Shown here piece after piece: positions 56,117 through 64,000 of a stretch of 64,000 nucleotides of DNA. Positions within the stretch are counted from its first letter, which is position 1; each line of letters begins with the position of its first letter. The notes under the pieces were generated by a model. It saw only the letters and a list, made by a program, of their open reading frames with translations. It searched no databases and was not told the origin of the DNA. Source of the stretch: a bacterium (GTDB lineage Bacteria; Patescibacteriota; Patescibacteriia; Patescibacteriales; UBA12465); assembly GCA_030696105.1 (NCBI GenBank), contig JAUYNJ010000002.1:3764-67763 (forward strand), given 5' to 3'. A program made the translations under genes and the position numbers.

Positions 56117-56189
56117 GGACTTGAGGGGACTCGAACCCCTTACCTCTGCAATGCGAATGCAGCGCTCTACCAGATGAGCTACAAGCCCC
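56117..56189 (-). tRNA. tRNA-Ala (anticodon CGC)
   Basis: Acceptor GGGCTTG/CAAGTCC with the G3-U70 identity pair, anticodon arm CTGCA-TTCGCAT-TGCAG, T-arm AGGGG-TTCGAGT-CCCCT, discriminator A. Confidence 0.85.
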
Positions 56190-56253
56190 TTCGCCAGCCG
56201 GCGGACTGGCCGATTTTCCCAGGCCGACAGTTCGCTCGGGTAAGCCGAAAAAG

Positions 56254-56272
56254 TCGGGGTGCCGGGAATTGG
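56254..56272 (-). repeat. 19-nt exact copy of the tRNA-Pro(GGG) 3' end (T-loop to discriminator)
   Basis: GTCGGGGTGCCGGGAATTG at 56254..56272 equals 56442..56460. Confidence 0.8.
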
Positions 56273-56442
56273 TCACGGTCGCTAAGCCTCGCTTGTCACG
56301 TATAGCTCGCTTCGCTCACACGTGACTGCGCTCGCTAAGCGCCCCGACCCGGCCTCGCGATGCCTTCGGCATATCGCTCCGGCTTTCAATTCCGGACACG
56401 AGCCACGCAGGTGGCTCGTTCACCTCTCCTCGTTTCACTCGT

Positions 56443-56513
56443 CGGGGTGCCGGGAATTGAACCCGGTCTACATGCACCCCATGCATGCGTACTACCGGTA
56501 TACTACACCCCGG
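56443..56513 (-). tRNA. tRNA-Pro (anticodon GGG)
   Basis: Acceptor CGGGGTG/CACCCCG, D-arm GTAT-ACCGGTA-GTAC, anticodon arm CATGC-ATGGGGT-GCATG, T-arm CCGGG-TTCAATT-CCCGG, discriminator A. Confidence 0.85.
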
Positions 56514-56548
56514 AAAAACTTGCTAACAATAGTGTAAAGATAATCGCC

Positions 56549-56827
56549 TTAGAAGTCAAATTCGGGGGCTGAGACAGTGCTTTCTTTAGTTATTACGCGG
56601 TCTTTATACTGCTCTTGGAGCTCGGCAATGCGCTCAGCGGGAACATCTTTAAAGATGCGCCCTGGCAGCTCAGAAGGGTTCTGGCCATTGTAATTGCGCT
56701 CGAACCATTCTTCATCGGTCACGAAGCGATTACGCTCCCCACCGCCAAAGGTGACGCCGGAGGCTTCTAACTTTTCTTCGAACTTCTTTTGAATTGGATC
56801 TACGCTTGGAGTTTCAAATGATTTCAT
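56549..56827 (-). CDS. Small hypothetical protein
   Basis: 92-aa ORF. Acidic, with no motif recognised. It lies directly upstream of the tRNA cluster on the same strand. Confidence 0.5.
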   Translation of the reverse strand: MKSFETPSVDPIQKKFEEKLEASGVTFGGGERNRFVTDEEWFERNYNGQNPSELPGRIFKDVPAERIAELQEQYKDRVITKESTVSAPEFDF

Positions 56828-56937
56828 ATGTTTTTTCTTATCTTATAATTATCACTATACTTTGTCAAAAGGCGAGTGATTGCTTTTCATTATGTATTAA
56901 AGTAGAATTAAAGCAGAATAAATGCAGTCAATATTAT

Positions 56938-57927
56938 ATGAAAGAACAAAAAACAATATTCTCCGGAATTAAGCCTAGTGGTGACCTCACTATCGGCAAT
57001 TACATTGGAGCGATCAGTCAATGGGTGGAAATGCAAGAACGAAGTAATTGTATTTTTTCAATCGTCGACTACCATGCTATTACAGTGAAACAGAATCCCG
57101 ACGACTTACGCCGTCGCGTTCTTGATATTACCAAAATTTATCTCGCAGCCGGCATTAATCCAAAACGCTCGATTATATTTCAGCAATCCACTGTCCCTGC
57201 TCACACCGAGCTCGCTTGGATTTTAAACTGCTCCGGCGCCTACATGGCAGACTTAAAAAAGATGACGCAGTATAAGGATAAGGCGGGTGATAAAGAAGAA
57301 GCCATTTCCGTCGGTCTTTTCGGCTATCCCGTTTTGATGGCCGCTGACATCCTGTTATATGATACACAGGCTGTTCCGGTGGGTGATGATCAAAAACAAC
57401 ATGTTGAGCTGACTCGCGATATTGCTAAGCGTTTCAACAATGAATACGGGCCTATTTTCACCATCCCAGAGGCAGTTGTCAAAAAAGAAGGCGCGCGTGT
57501 CATGAGCCTCTTAGAGCCAAGCAAGAAGATGGCTAAAAGCGACGGCAGTGCTAATGCCTTTATTGCCTTGCTTGATGATCCAGAATTGGCAAAGAAAAAA
57601 ATAATGAAAGCAGTAACTGACTCGGGAACTGATATTGATTATGACCCCGAAAATCGCCCCGCTCTCGCTAATCTTTTAACTATTTACGCACAACTCGGTA
57701 ATCGTCAAATTCCGCGCCTAGTGCGTGATTACGCCGGCAAAGGTTATGGTGATTTTAAAAAAGATCTTGGGGAAGTGGTTGGCAAATTCCTCACTGAATT
57801 CCAGACAAAATTTAACGAGATATCTGATGATGATGCACAGGCAGTGCTGGAAGAGGGACGTAAACAGGCTCAGGAAATTACTGAAAAGAAAATGACTCAA
57901 ATTAGACAGGCAATTGGCGTTAGATAA
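56938..57927 (+). CDS. trpS: Tryptophanyl-tRNA synthetase
   Basis: The N-terminus MKEQKTIFSGIKPSGDLTIGNYIG starts at the ATG at 56938. KMSKS-type motif KMAKS. The track ORF start at 56794 overlaps the divergent gene and is rejected. Confidence 0.9.
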   Translation: MKEQKTIFSGIKPSGDLTIGNYIGAISQWVEMQERSNCIFSIVDYHAITVKQNPDDLRRRVLDITKIYLAAGINPKRSIIFQQSTVPAHTELAWILNCSGAYMADLKKMTQYKDKAGDKEEAISVGLFGYPVLMAADILLYDTQAVPVGDDQKQHVELTRDIAKRFNNEYGPIFTIPEAVVKKEGARVMSLLEPSKKMAKSDGSANAFIALLDDPELAKKKIMKAVTDSGTDIDYDPENRPALANLLTIYAQLGNRQIPRLVRDYAGKGYGDFKKDLGEVVGKFLTEFQTKFNEISDDDAQAVLEEGRKQAQEITEKKMTQIRQAIGVR

Positions 57928-57975
57928 AATACTGATATATAAAAAAGGGCTTCCGCAAAGAAGTCCTTTTGTGTT

Positions 57976-58449
57976 TTAGTTGCTCATGTGATTTGGAAAG
58001 TTCATAGAGGGAACTTCCTGACTCGATACTTTAGTATATACCGCTGTTTTTATCACAGGGAAATACTGTATAAGAATCGGTACTGGCGTCGTGCCTTTGA
58101 TAATAGCGCGAAAATACCAATAATCTTTCATCGCTGTATTCATGACAAAATTGAAGTTACTGTATATACAGGCTTCAATTTTGCTGTCCGCACTATTGAT
58201 CACTGAAAACTTTTTATCAGTAGTGCTTTTGACAAGAAAGGCCTCATCTAATACGACGTTAACCTTTATTCTGCGTTCGTCAGAAATCGTTATGACGGCC
58301 GCGGTCGTAATCTCGTTAGCTAAGCCTTTTTGCAAGAGGTGCCACTGGCCCTCATTGCTTTGAATTTCAATAAGCCCAGTTGTGGGAATTACTATTTTCA
58401 TGTTGCTGCTTTTTATATGGTTTATATTTAAATGTACTTCAGACAACAT
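57976..58449 (-). CDS. Hypothetical protein
   Basis: 157-aa ORF in an AT-rich stretch. No motif recognised. An alternative start is MKIVIPTTG at 58401. Confidence 0.4.
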   Translation of the reverse strand: MLSEVHLNINHIKSSNMKIVIPTTGLIEIQSNEGQWHLLQKGLANEITTAAVITISDERRIKVNVVLDEAFLVKSTTDKKFSVINSADSKIEACIYSNFNFVMNTAMKDYWYFRAIIKGTTPVPILIQYFPVIKTAVYTKVSSQEVPSMNFPNHMSN

Positions 58450-58471
58450 TACATTTATTTGTTATTTTTGT

Positions 58472-58599
58472 CAATTAAACCCGTTCTACCAACAAAAAAA
58501 TATAATAAATAGATAACTATTTATTATATTTTAGTTGCTGAAAGTGTAAACCCCTTTGCTGCAGTGTTAACAATTAATCCCGTTCTACCAACAAAAAAA
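58472..58599. repeat. Two 29-nt direct repeats, 99 nt apart
   Basis: CAATTAAACCCGTTCTACCAACAAAAAAA (58472..58500) and CAATTAATCCCGTTCTACCAACAAAAAAA (58571..58599); 28 of 29 positions identical. Confidence 0.8.
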
Positions 58600-58618
58600 C
58601 GCCATTTAGGCGTTTTTT
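58595..58618 (-). terminator. Intrinsic terminator downstream of the 16S rRNA gene
   Basis: On the minus strand: AAACGCC taaa TGGCGTTT followed by a T-run. Confidence 0.6.
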
Positions 58619-58772
58619 GTATTTCAACTTGTTGATGTAAAATTTTGAATCTAATCGGCACCGATTCAGGATAATAATTTTTGTTATTATCTTGCGATAA
58701 TATCATAGTACCGAAGTACTATGTCGACTATTGTCTTGCTTCATCGATGATGAAGGACAAATTCTCCCTAGA

Positions 58773-60251
<1,479 letters not shown>

Positions 60252-60592
60252 GTATAGAGATCATTATTACCGAAGTAACAATGATTAGATTCTGGTTAAT
60301 TTATTATCCGAATTGATGCCGATTAGCACCAAAATTTTACTTTACTTATTTTCACCAAGTTTGAAATTGTCAAAGTTCATTTTGAAACACCCGCAGATGG
60401 GACAGAAAAAAACAGAGATATACCAAATACCTTGTTTTTATTACTCTATTCTGTTTTTATATTTCAATTAACCCTATCTTATATTATTTAAAGAAGGCTG
60501 TCAAGAGTGTGCGAATAGCCGATATTTATTGGAAAATTTGTAGAAACTTGCTATGATGAATATATCGAAAATTTAATTAATTTTAAATTCTT

Positions 60593-60775
60593 ATGCCCAA
60601 CACGCAGGCACCACACGATGGGACCGCCGATGAGATTGAAATAATCTTTGCGGAGGCGAAACAGGCTTTGTTTTCTTTGCATTCTCGGAAAATGGAGCTG
60701 ATTAAATTATTCAAAAACGCAGCTGACGCCGAGGAGGCGGCGGATATCTTAAATAAGATACAGTCATTGCGCTAA
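60593..60775 (+). CDS. Small helical hypothetical protein
   Basis: 60-aa ORF. It is preceded by TTGGAA-17-TATGAT and ends 10 nt before the giant ORF. Confidence 0.35.
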   Translation: MPNTQAPHDGTADEIEIIFAEAKQALFSLHSRKMELIKLFKNAADAEEAADILNKIQSLR

Positions 60776-60785
60776 TATAAATAAT

Positions 60786-63700
60786 ATGAAAAATGCGGAA
60801 AACGTAAATGTTTCCAAGGACAAAAAAAGTCCACGTGCGGGCACTAAGAAGTCGGCCGAAGCCCTTCTTGATCGAACTGAAGAGATTCAGGCTTGGGCAG
60901 ATCAAATAATGAACGCTCAGGGAGCGGTACAAAAAAAACTTCGCGATGAGTTCAAGCAGGAGTTCGGACAAGTTTATAATGCTAAACTCTTAGATCGCTT
61001 AAAGATAAGAAAGCCGGAACAGGAGTTAATTAATAAGGCGAAAGATTTAATACAACAAGCGGTGACTGATCAGGTAGCTGAGAAAGAGGTTGCAGGCACA
61101 CTTGATCAGGTAGAGGGTTATAATAAAGCATCTGATCAGATAGATACGGAGAGAAAAGCAGTAGTTGAAGGGAGTATTGAGGGAGCAGCGCGGGCGTCGG
61201 GGTTAGAAATTAAACCAACGGTAAAAAAAGTGCTCGACAAGATTTTTAAAGGCGAGCCGTATTTTGACGAGATAGAACTAGAGTTAACCGGTTTACAGGA
61301 GATAAAACATTTAACAAAAAGTGGAGTAAAAGATAAAAAAAATATAAGTTCCAAGATCTCTTTTTCTGATCGCGAGGCGGCTGCTATTGCTAGAGCCTCT
61401 GCAAGTCGCGCAAAAAACATGGGCGACAAATCCACCGAAACTATTTTTCCAAATGAAGACCCATCACAGGAAAGCGATCCTTATCCTGACTTACTTGTGC
61501 AAGCAGCCTCTGCTGAGCTTGAAGAAATAAAGCGCGCACAAGCTGAAGAAGCGAAGTCAAATATAGATATAAAAAATCAAAAGCCACAAAACAAGAGGGC
61601 TCTGTTCTCTGCGGCCGAACAAGCGCTTATTGATAAGGCTAGGGCTAACAGTGGCAAGAGGGGCCGTGTTCTATCTGAAGAGGGTGATGTTACTTTTCCG
61701 CAAGAAGATCCTTCGCAGGATATAGATCAATATGCTAAAACGCTTGCACAAATGCAAGCTGCGGAACTTGCAGAAAAAGAGGAGGCAGCAGCAGAGGGAT
61801 TAAAAGAGTATCAGGAAGACCTTGTCGACGAGGAGATTGAGAGAGACGTATTTAAAAATAATGAATCAGCAGAAGAAAGGGATATACGCGAGGCTAAAGA
61901 GCGAATGGATAAATTTGTTAATCAAAGAGTTGATGATACCTTGGCTGGATTTGCGGCGGAGGATGAAGCTGCCACTCAAGAGGCAGCTACTCTAGATGTT
62001 GCACCTGAAACTCAAACAACCGCAGGAACCGAACCAATCAGTTTAGATAATACTAATGTAGACGGCGCTGATAAGAATGTCCCATCTGCATCGACCGAGC
62101 CCACCGTTGAGGCCGGGCAAGAGTCGAGTAAGTATTTTGAAGATGCTGTCGAGATTTTTAATAGTTTAAATATTAGCTCCAAAGACCTCGACACGATTCC
62201 TGGCTTTGAAAACATGAATGCAGTTTCACAACTCTTGGTGGCTAAGAGTTTAAAATCACTATCATTAGAGAGAGCGCGGGCAAAAGTAGAAGATGATAAG
62301 GCGCAGGCGGTCGGTGCGAAAAAAACCTGGGTAGGCAAAGTCTTTGCCGGCATCGGCAATTCCTTCCGTTTGGGAAAAATGGAAAAGAAAGCGGCAACGG
62401 CACAGACAATGGGCGGGCTTGAAGGGCACGGCGCTGATTTAACACGTTTGGCGGAGTGGGCGAACACGTTTGATCTGAAGGAAAAAAAGAATGAAGATGG
62501 TGAACCGCAAGTAAGCTTTATTAATAATCTTGATCTCGGCAGCCTAAATCAAGAGCAGTTTCAACTTGTTGCCGACTTTGATGACTATGCGAACATTCTC
62601 GCTGAGATGCCGAAGCATTGGTTAAAAAAGGAAGGCTCAGTGCCTGATGGTTCACAGGAGCATAAACAATCAGTTAGATATGAACGGGCAAAACAGCAAT
62701 ACGAATTACTGCGAGCACAGATGGGCGATTTAATGGCGAATAAGCTCGATTTAGGCGAGCGCTTTGCTATGCAAGAGTTGAATGCCGCCGACGCTAAGGT
62801 AAATATGATGCAGTTAATGGCCGCCAATCCTGAGCTTGAAAAAGAATGGTCACAAATGCTACGTGGCAGCTCAATGATTAAGCGCGCATTTAAGGATGGT
62901 AATTGGAAGTTTATGGCAGCCGGTTTTGTTGGTCGTACCGGCGCGAAGATTGGTCTTGGCGGCGTATTCGGGGCTGCTGTTGGCTTTATCGCGGTGCCGG
63001 CCGTTGCTGTTGTTATTAGTGGCTGGCGCGCAATCGCTCGTGCAAAAAAACAACTCATATCCTCTGATCGCTTTATAGATAAAAAAGATATAAATCAGTC
63101 CGACTTGTTTACCCAGCGCCAGATGGCTTTAAATAATCTTCAAGCGCTTGAGCCAAGTAAATATGTAGATAATCCAATGGCAGGGATGACGCTAAAGGGA
63201 CAGCGTGAAGCTTGGAAGCAGAATTTGCCGGCTGAAGAATTGGCTAAGTATGAGGCCGCCCTTGCAGTATATACAAAAGCTAATAGTGCCTGGGAGAAGG
63301 AGGAGGGCAAGAATACCGAGCATAAAGTATTAAAGGCCGATGACTTGATTGTAAAACTGGAAGGTCTTGCAGACAAATACCACAATGAAAATGAGCGCGA
63401 TAAGTATAAATTACTACAAGATCAGTTAGCGCGTCGTGTAATTTTTACTAAAAACATGGCTGATCGCGGCCTGGTTAACTTTGGTAGTAAAGAGGAGAGA
63501 ACGGCACAAAGCCTTAAGTTCTATCAAGCTTTAGCGAGGGCGCAGTGGTTCGTAGAAAAGTACAAGGAATCAAATGCCACGTACGGCCGCACGGCATATG
63601 TGGAGCAGGGTGAAAGCGGTGACTTAGTAGAACAAAGAATTGAGATTGACATGAAAAAAAGAGCGGAAACGCTTTTGGCTAGCATCGAGGCTATGTCAGA

Positions 63701-64000
63701 AAAAAAGTTAGACGCCAAAAGACGAGCCTATGTCAAAAGAATGATGTACCAAGGGGCTGTAATGGGTGGCGCTTTTGCGCTTGCCGGTGCCGCTGTTGGC
63801 GAATTGACTGGCCACTGGGTATCAGACAGGGTGGGAGGGGGGTTTCGTTTTGTAAAAGACGCCATCTTTAACAAAGGCGGAGCTGCCGCGGCAGTGGTTA
63901 CGGAAGCAGCCAGTGAAACCGCAAGTTCGTCCGTTGAGTCTACTGTTAGTGAGTCGGCTACAACTGATGCTGTGGAAACGGCAGCAACAGCAAGTCAGGC
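60786..64000 (+). CDS. Giant hypothetical membrane/coiled-coil protein (5' part; the ORF runs off the window end)
   Basis: Hand translation from the ATG at 60786 shows no stop through 64000 (>1070 codons). It is absent from the ORF track, presumably because it is open-ended. It contains hydrophobic segments (FMAAGFVGRTGAKIGLGGVFGAAVGFIAVPAVAVVISGW; GAVMGGAFALAGAAVG) and long charged helical stretches. All listed minus-strand ORFs in this region are antisense shadows. Confidence 0.7.
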   Translation, partial: MKNAENVNVSKDKKSPRAGTKKSAEALLDRTEEIQAWADQIMNAQGAVQKKLRDEFKQEFGQVYNAKLLDRLKIRKPEQELINKAKDLIQQAVTDQVAEKEVAGTLDQVEGYNKASDQIDTERKAVVEGSIEGAARASGLEIKPTVKKVLDKIFKGEPYFDEIELELTGLQEIKHLTKSGVKDKKNISSKISFSDREAAAIARASASRAKNMGDKSTETIFPNEDPSQESDPYPDLLVQAASAELEEIKRAQAEEAKSNIDIKNQKPQNKRALFSAAEQALIDKARANSGKRGRVLSEEGDVTFPQEDPSQDIDQYAKTLAQMQAAELAEKEEAAAEGLKEYQEDLVDEEIERDVFKNNESAEERDIREAKERMDKFVNQRVDDTLAGFAAEDEAATQEAATLDVAPETQTTAGTEPISLDNTNVDGADKNVPSASTEPTVEAGQESSKYFEDAVEIFNSLNISSKDLDTIPGFENMNAVSQLLVAKSLKSLSLERARAKVEDDKAQAVGAKKTWVGKVFAGIGNSFRLGKMEKKAATAQTMGGLEGHGADLTRLAEWANTFDLKEKKNEDGEPQVSFINNLDLGSLNQEQFQLVADFDDYANILAEMPKHWLKKEGSVPDGSQEHKQSVRYERAKQQYELLRAQMGDLMANKLDLGERFAMQELNAADAKVNMMQLMAANPELEKEWSQMLRGSSMIKRAFKDGNWKFMAAGFVGRTGAKIGLGGVFGAAVGFIAVPAVAVVISGWRAIARAKKQLISSDRFIDKKDINQSDLFTQRQMALNNLQALEPSKYVDNPMAGMTLKGQREAWKQNLPAEELAKYEAALAVYTKANSAWEKEEGKNTEHKVLKADDLIVKLEGLADKYHNENERDKYKLLQDQLARRVIFTKNMADRGLVNFGSKEERTAQSLKFYQALARAQWFVEKYKESNATYGRTAYVEQGESGDLVEQRIEIDMKKRAETLLASIEAMSEKKLDAKRRAYVKRMMYQGAVMGGAFALAGAAVGELTGHWVSDRVGGGFRFVKDAIFNKGGAAAAVVTEAASETASSSVESTVSESATTDAVETAATASQ

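Noticed and set aside
56190-56442. Possible RNase P RNA on the + strand (GAAAAAGTCGGGGTGCC resembles CR-I GAGGAAAGTCCGGGC; CCGGCTT resembles CR-V)
   Set aside because: The segment is only ~250 nt and other conserved regions were not found. The CR-I-like string is simply the antisense of the duplicated tRNA-Pro 3' end. An Infernal scan would settle it.
56322-56572. Two + strand ORFs (71 and 70 aa) across the tRNA cluster
   Set aside because: They run antisense through tRNA-Pro(GGG) and the GC-rich spacer. GC-rich non-coding DNA in an AT-rich genome readily gives spurious open frames.
58472-58599. CRISPR array
   Set aside because: There are only two repeat copies, no cas genes, and one repeat is part of a terminator. 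No other CRISPR-like arrays were seen in the window.
61136-63718. Six minus-strand ORFs (60-157 aa) listed in the ORF track
   Set aside because: All are antisense to a single uninterrupted >1070-codon + strand frame. Their translations are Ala/Ser/Phe-rich low-complexity shadows.

Overview
This is a 64-kb chromosomal fragment from a small, AT-rich bacterium using the standard genetic code. Gene content and a divergent, unlinked 16S rRNA suggest a Patescibacteria/CPR-like organism; this placement is inference. Most of the window is housekeeping: rpsF-ssb-rpsR, efp, ychF, tsaD, uvrA, topA, dprA, pth and der, plus seven aminoacyl-tRNA synthetase genes (tyrS, argS, glyQS, valS, pheS, pheT, trpS). 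There are 8 tRNA genes and one 16S rRNA gene with no 23S nearby. Two AT-rich accessory blocks interrupt the core. Block 1 (1..~4730) ends at tRNA-Ser and carries a large serine recombinase plus small unknown ORFs behind duplicated consensus promoters. Block 2 (~17300..22900) follows tRNA-Glu and carries a decayed lipoprotein gene, a Tlde1/DUF2778-like putative toxin with a membrane-anchored partner, an MNT/HEPN pair, a Mug glycosylase and an unknown ORF. The most unusual observations are: (i) a 1004-aa ORF that fuses two complete PilB/GspE ATPase modules; (ii) three tRNA genes (Glu, Pro-GGG, Pro-CGG) each followed by a partial copy of their own 3' end, bracketing GC-rich, hairpin-dense inserts that share motifs; (iii) two promoter-to-terminator structured sRNA candidates; (iv) a tRNA-Ile with anticodon UAU; (v) a UvrA lacking the UvrB-binding domain; (vi) a >1070-aa open-ended ORF missing from the ORF track. 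All functional calls rest on motifs read from the translations. No database search was run.
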